Shown here: piece by piece, positions 40,621-55,049 of the stretch
Position numbering within the stretch: position 1 is the first letter of the stretch
How the letters are laid out: each line of letters begins with the position of its first letter
Translations under genes and position numbers: made by a program
From: Eledone cirrhosa
Lineage: Eukaryota
Reading direction: 5' to 3'
Assembly: GCA_964016885.1 (NCBI GenBank)
Contig: OZ024747.1
Span: 69,130,001 to 69,194,000, forward strand
DNA: 64,000 bases
Notes under the pieces: generated by a model
Seen by the model: only the letters and a program-made list of their open reading frames with translations
The model's database searches: none
Told to the model about the DNA's origin: nothing

Positions 40621-41266
40621 TCATTTCTCTACAAATCACCTATAAGGACAGACGTAGGAAAGTTCCAGAAAATACCATTATTATGTAGACATTGTGAGAA
40701 CATACACATTTGTTAGCATTGGAGATTTTTATTAATCTTAAACATATTGGTAAGGTTTGAACATTCTCTTTAACCTTGAACATTTTTCGTAACCTTGAAA
40801 ATGTTCATAAATTATGAATATCTTTGTTAAATATTAGCAACTCTTAGCATGTTCTCAAAGATGAAACTAATTCTTCTTTCATGATATGTTTCTCAAACTT
40901 TGGATAATGATAATAGGCTTTTATGTTTTTAAATATAGGCGCAGGGTCACAAATTATTATTCTTTTCTGTGAGAAATGGAATTAGTTCATTATATGAAAA
41001 CAGTACTATTTTGTTAATACTGTTGTTTTGCTATGCTGCAAATGACGTGTGTTTTTAAATTCCGAATTTCTTAAGATTTTGTGACCGGCAATAAAATAGC
41101 AGAGCGTCAAATACCGATGTTGTTCAAAGCAAATTTCTATTTGTTGAACATCTTGAGCTGTGGAGCTCTATTTGTAGAAAACAATTTCGATTCAACTTTA
41201 GGGTTCCCTTGAGCTTTAATTTAAATAATGATCGTTCCTTTGTTATTACAATAACTACTTTCGTTG

Positions 41267-41298
<32 letters not shown>

Positions 41299-41319
41299 GT
41301 GTGTGTGTGTGCGAGAGAG

Positions 41320-41388
<69 letters not shown>

Positions 41389-42062
41389 ATGTGAGAGAGA
41401 GAGAGAGTATGTGTGTGCGTATGTGTGTTTGTGCGTGGCATGGTACTTTTTGGACAGAAATCAATTTCATATCGTCAATTTCAGCAGCTATTTAAATTTG
41501 AACCAAACTCTATTTCAGGTTCTATTCAGATGAGATAGTAGAGTTTATTTATTTTAAAGGTAATTTTTGAAACCTAAATTTTATGACAATCTCTATGAGA
41601 ATTTTAAGGAATGTTTGGAAAGGCTAATTACATAGAAATCTTAGAAATTCTACAAAGCTTCCGTTAAAAGTTTATTTATATATTGGCAAAAACCGCAAAT
41701 CTCTGAATCATTTCCGATGGAAAAGGAAAATAAAACGAAAAGGTTATACATGCATAGAGTTTATTTTTAATGTCTCTGGAGATTCGAGATGTTCAATAAG
41801 TATTTGGACATTCTTTTTCCTATGGAGAATTCTGTCAGGCTTATTGTGTGCTATTTGGTGTCTGTAGGCTAATTCTTCATCGTATTTTCTAAGACTGATG
41901 GAGTTACATATGAGTATCGCGGAGTTTAACTTTGTTAACTTTGCCTTTCATCCTTACGGGATCGATCAAATAAAGTACCAGTAATACACTGCGATAATTG
42001 CTGGCCTTGTACCAAAAGTAGAAGTAATTATTATTAGTAGTAGATGTAGTAGAAGTAGTAGT

Positions 42063-42102
<40 letters not shown>

Positions 42103-42567
42103 GTAGCAGTAGTAGTACTACTACTACTTAGTAGTATAGACTAGTGGATTTGTTTAGTGAAAGTGTGCTTGCCTTCCACAGAAAGGCGGGGGAGAAAGAA
42201 GGAAAATAGATAGAAAGAATGCGATTAATTATTATTTAGGGTTGACAGTTGGTGGAAGTGATGGTAACGTTGAATGTTTATCTGTCTTGTAGACTGTTGG
42301 CAATAGTTCAACACACACACACACACATACATATATACACACACAAACATGTACATATATACACACAGCACACACGCGTGAGTACATGCATGCACACATG
42401 ACCATCCACTCACACACACACGCAGACACACACACACGCACGCATAAAGCACGCGCACATATACATGTACGCGCCCGTGTCCACCCACTCGCGCGCACAT
42501 ACACACTCGTACGCGTGCATGCAGGCACACGCGTACCCGTCGCCCCACTAGCACGTGCACACACACA

Positions 42568-42614
<47 letters not shown>

Positions 42615-42701
42615 TCACACATACTCACACATAAATATACATGACCACACTCAGCTTATGAGAAGGAAAAAAACGAAGAAATTGTTGCTATTGCTTGTGG
42701 T

Positions 42702-43435
42702 AATAATTGTTTCTACTTTTGGCACAAGGCCAGCAATTAACCAGTACATTACTGGTACTTTATTTTATCGACCCCGTAAGGATGAAAGGCAAAGTTAACC
42801 TCGGCGGGATTTGAACTCAGACGGTAAAGGGCTGTAACTCTATGCTGCAAAGCATGGTGTCCGATTCTCTACCAATACTGCCAATAATGATTTCTAATTT
42901 AAGCCAATGGGCAGTAATCATGGGTAGGGTAAAGTTGATTATATTGACCCCAGTATCTAACTGGTACTATATTTTATCCCCCTAGAATGATGAAAACAAA
43001 ATTGACCTCGGTGGAATATGATCTCAGAACGTGACTTTTTCTATAATAATGGTTTCTACTTTTGGCACAAGGCCAATAATTATCACAGTACATTACTGGT
43101 ACCTTATTTTATCGACCCCTGTAAGGATAAAAGTCAAAGATAATCTCGGCGGGATTTGAACTCAGATCGCAAAGGGCTCTAACTCTATGCTACAAAGCAT
43201 GGCGTCCTACTCTCTACCGATACTGCCAATCCACCGTCCTGGTTTCTGATTTCGACACAAGGCCAATAATTTGAGAGAGAGGGAAATTCGATTAAATCGA
43301 CCCCAGAGCGTTACAAGTATTTTGTTTTATCGACCCCGTAAGGCTAATCTCGGTGGAATTTGAAATGAGAACGTAACGTGCCGTAACTCTATGCTGAGAA
43401 GCATAGTGTCCGACGCTCTACCGATACTGACGATC
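42702..43435 (-). mobile_element. Cluster of 4 family A SINEs
   Basis: Head-to-tail short and long forms. Confidence 0.85.
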
Positions 43436-43685
43436 CCTTTTATAATAATTCTTACTTTATTTACGGTAAATTTTCCTTAATCCCCGACCTGTATGTTCTC
43501 CAGAAATTTCTGAAATTTCTGTTGCTGACATCCGCTCCCAGGCCTTCCTCATTCATATATCCCATTAACCTTCTATAGAAATCAAGCTTTCTTTTCTGGT
43601 CACCATCGGTATCAACGTATCCGTATATACTCCTCACACTCACAAATGCATATACACACGCAAACACACAAACGCATAAGCACAC

Positions 43686-43716
<31 letters not shown>

Positions 43717-44191
43717 AAGCGCGCACGCACGCGCATTTATGTGCCAGCTCACATACATTCGTGAACACAAGAGCATGTGACTGCCTCTCGCAATTCTACA
43801 TCTACATGTGAGCAAACATTGCATATACGTGGTCACACATTCGAAATGGGGGCGAGTGGAGGTTTGGGTGTGTAGATAGAAAAATAGAGGAGGGAAACAG
43901 ACTAGGAAGAAAAGGAAGATGGGAAGAATATTAGAAACACTCTCGGAACAATTAGATTAGGGTAGGTGAATTAGTGAAACCCGTGTGCAAACCTTGGTAT
44001 TGTTAAGAAGGTAAACGATGAAGTAAATGAAAGAATGGAAAAAAACAAAACTAAAAAGAATAACAAAAATTAAGAACACAAAACTAAAACTGAACAAAAA
44101 AGAAAGAAAATATACATATACACATGCGCACACGCATTAGAATATGTATATATAAATATACATGTATATTTTTATATATACATATATATAT

Positions 44192-44247
<56 letters not shown>

Positions 44248-44327
44248 ATAATAATAAATTTCAGAAGATCCCGTTAAGGGTGAAAGCAGCGATTCTTTGC
44301 TTGCTTAAACTTTAATCTGTTATTTTA

Positions 44328-44395
<68 letters not shown>

Positions 44396-44489
44396 ACGTA
44401 TATGCATATATGTATAGGTATATATGTGTATGTATATATACATTTATATATATAATATAAGATCAAAAGATGGTTAAAAGAGTTCCAAG

Positions 44490-44560
44490 TATTTTATTAT
44501 GCGCATTTAAAAAACAAATATCATCATGGGATGATATCTGCGTTTTCATCAGATAAAATA
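44490..44560 (-). ncRNA. Hammerhead homolog of the 34.4-kb copy, core mutated
   Basis: Same stems, CUGAUGA and AUgcgcAU, but GAAA reads UAAA (G12 to U). Flanks 44455-44612 match 34365-34515. Confidence 0.75.
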
Positions 44561-44667
44561 GGGATACATGATATGAAGCTTAAAAAACACTTGTGAATAG
44601 TGAAGTTTTAAATCAACATATATATAACATAAACCTACACACACACATATATATATATATATGTATA

Positions 44668-44748
<81 letters not shown>

Positions 44749-44861
44749 AATGTATAAGAATATATGTGTGTGTGTGTGTGCATGCACATATAGAACGCAC
44801 AGCACTCAATACGACTATACTCAATAAATATGAAACGTTCATAAATATATCTGCCAAGCCC

Positions 44862-45247
44862 GCACATGTACACACTTGCACACCCACACATGCACACACC
44901 TGCACACCCACACATGCACACACCTGCACACCCACACATGCACATGTACACACCTGCACACCCACACATGCACACACCTGCACACCCACACATGCACATG
45001 TACACACCTGCACACCCACACATGCACACACCTGCACACCCACACATGCACATGTACACACCTGCACACCCACACATGCACACACCTGCACACCCACACA
45101 TGCACATGTACACACCTGCACACCCACACATGCACACACCTGCACACCCACACATGCACATGTACACACCTGCACACCCACACATGCACACACCTGCACA
45201 CCCACACATGCACATGTACACACCTGCACACCCACACATGCACATGT
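44862..45247. repeat. Minisatellite with alternating 24-bp and 30-bp units (54-bp higher-order repeat)
   Basis: gcacacacctgcacacccacacat alternating with gcacatgtacacacctgcacacccacacat. Confidence 0.95.
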
Positions 45248-46315
45248 ATGTATATAAGTATGTGTATATAACACAAGCACACGGGTAAGCATAATAGCGT
45301 ACGTGTTTAAACGTATAGCAGAACTTTCACACCAACATGTATAAACATGAATATTCATGTATATCCGAGTAAAAACCTCTACCTGTGCGCAACCCTAATT
45401 GGATAGGCACAGGTATGTATGTGCCACACACACATACACATGTGCACCCGTGGTACCCGTTGTGTGCCTATATCGCCAACAAATAATCCAGGAGATAAAA
45501 TGCTAATAAAATTAATTAAAAATAAAGGTAAAAACCTTATGGCATAGTCTTGTCGTGAAAACAGAGAGATCAAAAGGAAAAAATAAAGAACAAAACAACA
45601 ACAACATTCGTGTGTTATCTAAGAGTCATGAACATTTTCTTTCTTATTTCATCCTTGATCAAGGGACTGTGCTTGAAATATTAAAATTCTGCACATCAAT
45701 ATAAAGTGATTTTACGTCTTTTTTTTTGTTATTTTTTGTATTATTTTTATTAGATTTTCCTTTGAATTATCTAGTCTATGGAGATTGCATAAATAACAAT
45801 AACGGAAAGAATACGTTGTTTACAGGGCCGAATATACGTATAAACTGTAATGACTTCCACTTCAAGAGATTACTTATCAATATGTAAATGATTTTCATTT
45901 CAAGAGAAGAGATGTCTTATCAATGGTTGTTTAACATAATGTCTTTGACGTTTTGAAGATGAGAGACAACATTTTCTTGGATGCCACGACAGTAGTAATC
46001 TAGACCGCATGTGATTCTAACATCTTAGCACCCAGTCCACAGAACACCCCTATTGTTTTGTTTTTTCTTCCTCTTCCTTTACTGAAAATGTCATTCTAGT
46101 TTTATTATATCACATCCTATAAATATAATCCTTTCTTTATCCGCTACAGCGCCATCAAAGACTTGTATTACAATGTAGCACAATACACTGCAATACAATA
46201 CAGTACAATACAATAATACAATACTAATTTTACAATAGAGTTCAGTATAATACAACAGATACACAAATATCGGTGTTATATAGGTAGATACATACATACA
46301 CACGAAACGCCCTCA

Positions 46316-46396
<81 letters not shown>

Positions 46397-46471
46397 AGTG
46401 TGTGTGGATGTATGTATATAGTGTTTAGTGTAATTTGGTAGACTATCGCACACAACCCGTGGGAAGTTTTG

Positions 46472-46549
<78 letters not shown>

Positions 46550-46559
46550 ATATATATAT

Positions 46560-47225
46560 ATATTACACTAACTATGGTGTCATTTAGGTACAATAGTTTC
46601 TCTGACTGTCTGTTTTAGATTTTTACGGAGATAGGTCCCAGATCCTCAGCCTCTATTGTCGCTATTTGATAATGGTTGTGTTCTTTTCCTTCAAACGTGT
46701 AAAAGTTCGAAAAGAGAAGAAAGATAAAAAAATATATGGGAGTTGTTTTAGATATAAAGAAAAGGTAGGGGAGGTAAATTTGGTAAGTTGTATATAGTCT
46801 TTGAAAATAAAAGGGACCTAACTGTTGAAGGGTCCGCATAACAAAATAATGAGTAGAAAAATATTAATGATTAAATTTATAGAGTTATTGGTGATATCCG
46901 TTGTCAGTTTGTGGAGTTGCGTAGCTTTTTCAGTATATACCATCTTTCCACCATACACATTTGACACGTCTTCGAGCCACTTGCATAGGATCGGGATCTA
47001 TATAGAAGCTTCAATTTGATGGAGAAATTCCTTTTTAAATCGGCCTTCCGACATCTCTACGTAGGTTCTCACCTCCTACTGTTGGTTTGGTTAGGTCGAG
47101 GTGACATTAGCCACGTATATCAAGGATGCTGCATACTTGTTCGGTCAAGGGGTAATGTAACTGGTCTTCTGCTTTTAGGGAGAAGCAGAGTGTAAAACCA
47201 TATACTTTTCTAGCCTATCTCAGTG
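46560..47225 (-). mobile_element. Penelope-like element 3' remnant (decayed GIY-YIG endonuclease plus terminal repeat)
   Basis: Manual minus-strand translation ASLIYVANVTST*...RTYVEMSEGRFKK and RSYASGSKTCQMCMVERWYILK matches the PLE GIY-YIG pattern IY.A.V...YIG.TE..FK and C.LC..EK..I; flanked by (TA)n. Confidence 0.7.
46586..46652 (-). ncRNA. Type I hammerhead ribozyme in the 3' region of a Penelope-like remnant
   Basis: Minus strand AGG-CUGAGGA-UCUG...CAGA-GAAA-C-uauu-GU-A-CCU; stem I only 3 bp. Confidence 0.6.
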
Positions 47226-47278
47226 AAGATGTGGAAAAGGCAGCCACACAAAAAATCTCTATACTTCTCTCTCCCGCG

Positions 47279-47344
<66 letters not shown>

Positions 47345-47360
47345 GTTCTCTCTCTCCCCT

Positions 47361-47436
<76 letters not shown>

Positions 47437-47854
47437 CACACACACATATCTTCATGCACATACACATATGTGCATGCATTCACGCTCCCGTGCACATACA
47501 CATACTTGCACACAAATGCAACACGTATGAATACAATGTGTTTTGTGTGATAGGGAGGGGGTGATATCCATAATCACGTTCACTTTTTAGACCTCTCGGA
47601 AATCCGGTAGGTTTCCTGTGCCCGGGGCATCTAACTAGACTGCTTCAGCAACGAGGTATATCTAAGCAGTCGTCTTTCTTAACGATATATATCTAAAACT
47701 AATGCTATTTCCTCCAAGTATGGTAGACATCTGTAGAAGAGGACATGTTGAAGCAGATTGTTAAGATTTCTAAAGATGTAGGTATGTATGTTACATGGTG
47801 ATGTTGATGGAACTGACACTAGTGCTGAAGCCACTGCAAATGAGGATCATGACA

Positions 47855-47907
<53 letters not shown>

Positions 47908-48543
47908 AACCATGACAATAATCGCAATGATAATAACAAGACCAGCTTCTCCTTATTATTTTTAATGATGCCATCCTAGTAAAAACATTCATCAAAGCCA
48001 GACCAGCAACATCAGCTTCTATTGCTCACAGCTTGAAAATAAACCAATATTCTGTAATGAAACTACAATCATACACACACTCTCATATCTTTACAACTCA
48101 ACAAGGCAGTTTCTATGTGTAGTTGCTTCAGGTACTAGAAATAGCAACCAAACGACTATCTTAAATTAAAATTGCACAAGAGAAGATATATGTCAGTGTT
48201 TGACATCTCCACTCCTCTCCTATAAAAAAAAAAAAAAAAAACCCCAGATTGACGTGGCTGGACCGCCTTTTAACACAAGTCTGCTCTGATCTGGACTGAC
48301 CTAGGGCTAAACAATACATATTGCGTCTATGACTTGTACGAAAAATAAAACAACATTAGCAACAATGTTAGCACTGTCACTATTAAGAACAATAACGACA
48401 ACAATAAAATGTCAAACTACTTAGTACCACCATACAGTTATGTTAGCAGAAATACAAACACGTAAAATAGAACATATATATATATAGACACGCATACATA
48501 CATATATATATATGTGTATGTATGTGTGTATATATATATATAC

Positions 48544-48646
<103 letters not shown>

Positions 48647-49256
48647 AATATATATGTGTGTGTGTGTTGTGTGTACATTTACAAATACATAGATAGATGG
48701 ATAGATACATACAACGGCAGGAAGCGAATAATGAAAGAGAGAGAGATAGATAGATATATATATAGAGAGAGAGAGAGAGGGGGGAGAGAGAGAGAGAGAT
48801 AGGGTTCTGTTCCGTGTAAAAACAACAACAATTGTACCGTTGCGAAAGTATATTATGCTCTACAATCTCAACAATTAAGAACTGCATCTTAGAGTGTGCA
48901 GTACGGTTCCCAATTATACGGTGTTGTAGCTAGTACTTTAAATCAGTTCTAGTAGTTTAGCTGTTGAGCTCAGCATCTAACTTAAAAACCAAAACATAAA
49001 CAAAGCCTTGTGATGTATGAATGTCCATTCTATCGAATCTGATGATGAAGATCTTCAATAAAAGAACCTTTGATGACTGTACTACTTCAAGAGCTGCAAC
49101 TGAAACGGGGGAAACAGCTGCAATAGGTGACCAGAAAATCACTACTAGCAACCGTCCGTGCAATACAAACCATGAGTCTTTACAATGGACGAAACTATGG
49201 AAAAAGAAGGACTGCCACAGCTATCCTCCAGTTTCCATAAATGTCCTTTAGTGACA

Positions 49257-49392
49257 GACCCTGTAAGGATGAAAAGCAAAGTTAATCCCGCCGAGGTTAA
49301 CTTTGCCTTTCATCCTTACAGGGTCGATAAAATAAAGTACCAGTAATGCACTGGAATAATTCTGGCCTTGCACCAAAAGTAGAAACAATTAT
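49257..49392 (+). mobile_element. 5'-inverted (fold-back) family A SINE
   Basis: 29-bp arms 49257-49285 / 49297-49325 followed by a normal SINE 3' end. Confidence 0.8.
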
Positions 49393-49466
49393 TATATACG
49401 ATGGTGTATAAGTAAAAATAATCAACACATCTCTCTCTCCCACCTCTCTCTGTATATATATACATA

Positions 49467-49567
49467 CAGGGTGTCCCCCAAAAATGTATACACACTTTGA
49501 TTACCTGCACAGCCAATCATTATTAGAATGCTGTTGAAGTGTGTATGCATTTTTTGGGGACATCCTG
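49467..49567. mobile_element. Tc1/mariner-type MITE, copy 3
   Basis: ta-cagggtgtccc...gggacatcctg-ta. Confidence 0.8.
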
Positions 49568-49601
<34 letters not shown>

Positions 49602-49786
49602 ATAATTATTTCTACGTTTTGGCACAAGGCCAGCAATTATCCCAGTGCATTACTGATACTGAAATGAAATACAGAGTAGTTCGGATGTAAAAATTCTATA
49701 AATACTCCGTCATTCCTATGTAGAAAAAGTACGTTGTGTTCTTGAATCGAATTGCATCAATATTTTATTGTATATATAAATATCTA

Positions 49787-49873
<87 letters not shown>

Positions 49874-50363
49874 GTGTTTGTGTATGTGCCTAACGTTTGG
49901 TGTAAGTGTATGTAGTATCTATGTATTCGAATAGATTCATCTGAATAGGTATTGTGCAAGTTATATCGACCTATGAACATACATTCACCCCCCCCCCCCC
50001 ACATATATATATATATATATATACATGCGCACACACTCATATATACAATACACCCGCATGCACATAGATTCTAACACACTCATACATAAACTCATCCGTG
50101 CTCACATATACACACACAAATAGATAGAAAATATTTAATGAGAACGGTTTCAAATTTTGAAGTTCCTTTTCTCAGATTAGAAATTGGCAATAACACCTAC
50201 CAGAATTATTTGTATGCCTGGTCATGTCTAAATGACATTCTGGAAAAGCTAGAATTTTCAAATAGATTAAATAACAAGGTAACATGCAATTTGCAAATGT
50301 TGTCTGTAAGTGAAACCACTTAAACATGGAAGACGTTCCTAAAATTCAGCATCTAACTCATTG

Positions 50364-50559
50364 TATACCTGTCAACTCTCCCCGTCCGACAAGGAGATCT
50401 GCCACCCACTCTGGGGTGGGTGAGAGATGTCTTCTCTTGTGAAAATGGGTATAACTTTCATTATGTAAAATCTCCCCATTTTGCCTCATTTCTCCCCGTT
50501 TTGGGGTACTCTTTTTCATGGTACTCCCCGTTTAGGGTTTTTAGAGTTTGGCAGGTCTG
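50364..50559. mobile_element. Probable hAT-related MITE
   Basis: Imperfect ends tatacctgtcaactct / agagtttggcaggtctg, internal ctcccc repeats, flanks tcattg / ttattg. Confidence 0.5.
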
Positions 50560-50733
50560 TTATTGCTATAGATATTATCTAAATTCGAACAACGAAGATT
50601 TGTTTCTTTGTTAGAAAACAGCTCCTTGTTTATGAGAAAATTTCAAATAATCAAAACATAAATATATACATACATACATACATCTACACATGTACACATA
50701 CATTAATGTATATATACAAAAACATAAGGCACT

Positions 50734-50792
<59 letters not shown>

Positions 50793-51037
50793 GGAGGGTC
50801 ATATTTGTGTAATATTGCCAGAATTAATAACAGAACACACTCACTGTTTGGTTGGTTTTCGCTTCTCGCTGTCTTTTATATCGGTAATCTAACTTACTCG
50901 GTCCTCAATGTTGCCATTGACTGACCGACGGTCAAAAATAATACAGATACAATATAGACACAAACACATATATATAACAATATTTGTTTCGACACACGAT
51001 TTCATATAAAAAACCTCGCAAAACTAATTCATCGCCG

Positions 51038-51129
<92 letters not shown>

Positions 51130-51257
51130 CGAATGGTATGCCATCCGGAACCTGTTTATAGAATTCTGTCTGCCCTTGTTACTCTAAAAACATAAATAAA
51201 TAAAAATAAACTATAGCTTTGTAGAATTAGCTTTTAATGAATTCCCTTTTCTATCAA

Positions 51258-51320
51258 CCAATGACCTGCACCCATCCCACTCCCCACCCTCTCCTACCAC
51301 TTGTAGAGACCTATAAATAC
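51258..51320 (+). promoter_or_regulatory. CCAAT and TATA-like boxes upstream of a hammerhead (putative pLTR promoter)
   Basis: ccaat at 51258-51262, tataaata at 51312-51319, about 25 bp before HHR stem I. Confidence 0.45.
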
Positions 51321-51341
51321 CATATTTATTTTTTGATACCC

Positions 51342-51392
51342 AGATTCCTGATGATTTCTAATGAATGAAACAGTTCTAGTCCTGTAGAATCT
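51342..51392 (+). ncRNA. Type I hammerhead ribozyme (intact core, full stem III)
   Basis: Stem I AGAUUC/GAAUCU; CUGAUGA 51348-51354; short stem II uUUC-uaau-GAAu; GAAA 51367-51370; stem III ACAG/CUGU; cut after GUA at 51386; ATTAAA then (TA)n. Confidence 0.85.
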
Positions 51393-51730
51393 CTTCTATA
51401 TTAAAACTATATATATATATATATATATATATAAACGTTTTAAATATGTTTAATTCCTCATTCGGCTGTCGATTTACTCTAAATATAAGAAACAATAATA
51501 TGTTCGAAACACCTAACTCTGATATATAATAGACAATATATTGGTTGGCTAGTTGGTTGTTCTAGTGTCACGCTTGACAGCATATAGAGTGAGAGAGGGA
51601 TAGAAAGAGAAGAGTAAAAAAGAGATAGAGAGAAATAACATTTGGGTTGAAAGAGGGGTATAGATACAGACCGATGTAGTAAGTAAATAATCTCTCCCCC
51701 TCACAAATACATATATGCACATACTTAAAC

Positions 51731-51768
<38 letters not shown>

Positions 51769-52054
51769 ACACACACACACACTAATACACACACACACAG
51801 GTAAATGCCGTCTGTTTCATTATAGCATTGGTGCAAAGTTGTATTTTTTCATCCTTTTTCTATATATTTTGACAAATATCATAAAACTATGAAAATATAT
51901 ATATGTCTTTGCGAATTGTTTTTGATTCCATTTTCTCCAATCGCTGCTATATTTTGATATCATAGTTAGTTGTAATGTATATTAAATTCATCATTTTTTT
52001 TCAATCTACACGGAAATACGTTAATTTTATATATTTACATATCTATACACTCAC

Positions 52055-52115
<61 letters not shown>

Positions 52116-53176
52116 TCATCGTCGCAGTGTTAGTTAACTTTGTACTGTATATGTAGAACTATACATTTATTATATAGGTGTAGTGAATTCATTTGTATAT
52201 ATTTATTAGTAAATTAATTCATTTTTATTTATCTACTGTTAAACGTAAACATCTGAATTTGCCAATCATATGATGGGCAATATTCTAGTACAGAAAATAC
52301 GCTAGTACGAACCGAAAATATGAGAATCTAATAGTTAAATGTGTAAGGCCAATGACATTTTTTAATCGAGAAATATCATTCGCGTTAATGATAATTCTTA
52401 TCATGAAATTCATGGGGGACAACTCTGAAATTAAAATTGATTAAATATTGAATTGAGGTGTTAGATATAATGGATTCGATGATGTACATGATAACATGAA
52501 ATATTGCTTTGGTAAGTAGCTAACCTTGAACATAGAAGGGTACCTCAGAGGAAAAAGTTAACAAAAAAAACAACTTATGTAGATGTATATGCATTGGTGG
52601 GATGGTGTGGTGGTGGAATCAGAATACATTTTATATCTTTATTTTTTAGATTATTTTCTATGAACTTTCAGATATAACAATTTGCTTTGTTACTCGTCCG
52701 ATGACCGATATATTACGTGTAGACAAACACATACATACACACATAACTCGAGAACGAACACACATGCTTGTATACACTCAGAGACGCACGTGCATACACA
52801 CACACATACACATACACATACACACACACGCTCACATATGCATACATTGCTCAGTGGCTTTGTGCAACCGCTTATATGAACATGTAGAGGGAAAATCAAT
52901 ACGTTATGCATGCATACACCAGCAAGGTTTACAATTTATGAAGAGATATAATACCAAATGCATAATATATAATTTAGTATTTACACACACAGACACACAC
53001 AGACATACTCTCTCTCTCACACACATACACACACATACACACATATATATATATATATATATATGGGTGGTGAGGTAGCAAGAGAATGCATCAGAAATAA
53101 AAAAGGAGAAATTAATAGTGTTCAGGAACAATATATATATATATAAATATATATTACGTGTGTGTGTGTATAGTGT

Positions 53177-53268
<92 letters not shown>

Positions 53269-53388
53269 CGTGTGCCCGCGCGCGTATATATATATATATA
53301 TACACACAAACACACGAGCACACAAACATGTATATGTTATATGTATGTATATATTTATACACACATTATTATCCGGGTGCGAATACCA

Positions 53389-53586
53389 CAATTGACAACA
53401 GCACTTTGCGTCACGAATGAATGTTATATAAATGTGATCAGATGCTAATGTCATTTAGTTTACACTTATACACACACGTATATGCTGATGTATATGTATG
53501 TGTATATAACTGTACATTAAATGACATTAGCATCTGATCCCGTTTGAATAATATCCATTCATGGTCCATAATGCTGTTGTCAATTG
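53389..53586. mobile_element. Fold-back element or MITE with ~70-bp imperfect inverted repeats
   Basis: caattgacaacagca...gatcagatgctaatgtcattta / taaatgacattagcatctgatc...tgctgttgtcaattg; inner 22 bp perfect. Confidence 0.75.
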
Positions 53587-53708
53587 TATTGACATTTATA
53601 GTGTTTCTCATTTGAAGAAGACAAACTCAGAAAACTCAGTAGCAACAAGTAGATCGAAGCTGGTGGTCATAGTGTTTCATGGACAAACAAACTCTCTCTC
53701 TCTACCCT

Positions 53709-53827
<119 letters not shown>

Positions 53828-54112
53828 GCACACACACACACACACAAACGCCCACACACACCTACACACACACACAAACACATACAGGCACACCTACGCA
53901 CCCGAGCATTAATGCATGATATATAATTGTTTCTACTTTAGGCACAAGGCCAGCAATTACCCAGTGTATTACTGGTACTTTATTTTATCGATCCCGTAAG
54001 GATGAAAGGCAAAGTCAACCTCGGCGGGATTTTGATATATAATACGTATAACACACACACACACACACACACACATAGACGCGCATATAAATATATATAT
54101 ATATATATGTGA

Positions 54113-54230
54113 AGGCGCGTGGCTGAGTGGTTAGAGAATTGGATTAGCAATGGTGAAGTCGTGAGTTCGATTCTGGGACCGGGCGATGCGTTATGTCCTT
54201 CAGCAAGACACTTAATTTCACGTTGCTTCT
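54113..54230 (+). mobile_element. Family B SINE, 5' part
   Basis: ggcgcgtggctgagtggttaga A-box, gagttcgattc B-box, gtccttcagcaagacactt core. Confidence 0.7.
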
Positions 54231-54363
54231 TCTACCCCGAGTTGCGACCGATAGATAGTATTAGCAATTGGAAAGACCAATGGAAACATTGTTTCCTCGG
54301 TCCGATTTGACGAAAGTCGATCGACTGTCATATATATATATATATGACAGTCGATCGACTGTA

Positions 54364-54427
<64 letters not shown>

Positions 54428-54673
54428 TATGAGGAACTCATTTTATAATATGTAATCCATGTGCAACCATGCAGTATTCTTCTTCCCCTTGTTTTTCATA
54501 TATATATATATATATATACATTCATACATCTATTCATATATATACATATATACGTGAATAAATATATAAATATATATATACATACATTTCAACTTAGTCG
54601 CCTCACCTGTTTGCCAGATGGAGGGAATAAGCTGAACCTATGTAGCTACGGCCCCTTTTCTACTCAGAAAATC

Positions 54674-54748
<75 letters not shown>

Positions 54749-55007
54749 TGTGTGTGTGTGTGATGATACTGCATGTGCGCAGATGAAACTCCAGAGTAAC
54801 AAGGTTCACCATTTTAAATGAATATTTAAACTCTACATCTATATTGCCTGTTTACACCCGACAATATTTCACGGATATATTGGGTCGTCAAGCATGAAAT
54901 TTGTAGAAATTTGTTTTCTTTCTAGAAATTTCTACAGATTTCATACTTGACGAGCCTATATATATATATATATGTATATATATGTGTGTGTGTGTTGTGT
55001 GTGTGTG

Positions 55008-55049
<42 letters not shown>

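Noticed and set aside
43461-43630. Protein-like stretch KRKLDFYRRLMGYMNEEGL
   Set aside because: No clear splice acceptor; loosely resembles the C-terminus of RTE-type ORFs, too weak to call.
44549-45358. Cys/His-rich repeat ORFs resembling metallothionein or metal-binding peptides
   Set aside because: Minisatellite open in all frames; no splice or codon evidence.
48860-49250. Possible piggyBac N-terminal remnant (ESDDEDL, WKKKD)
   Set aside because: Motifs are too short and no TIR or TTAA boundaries were found.
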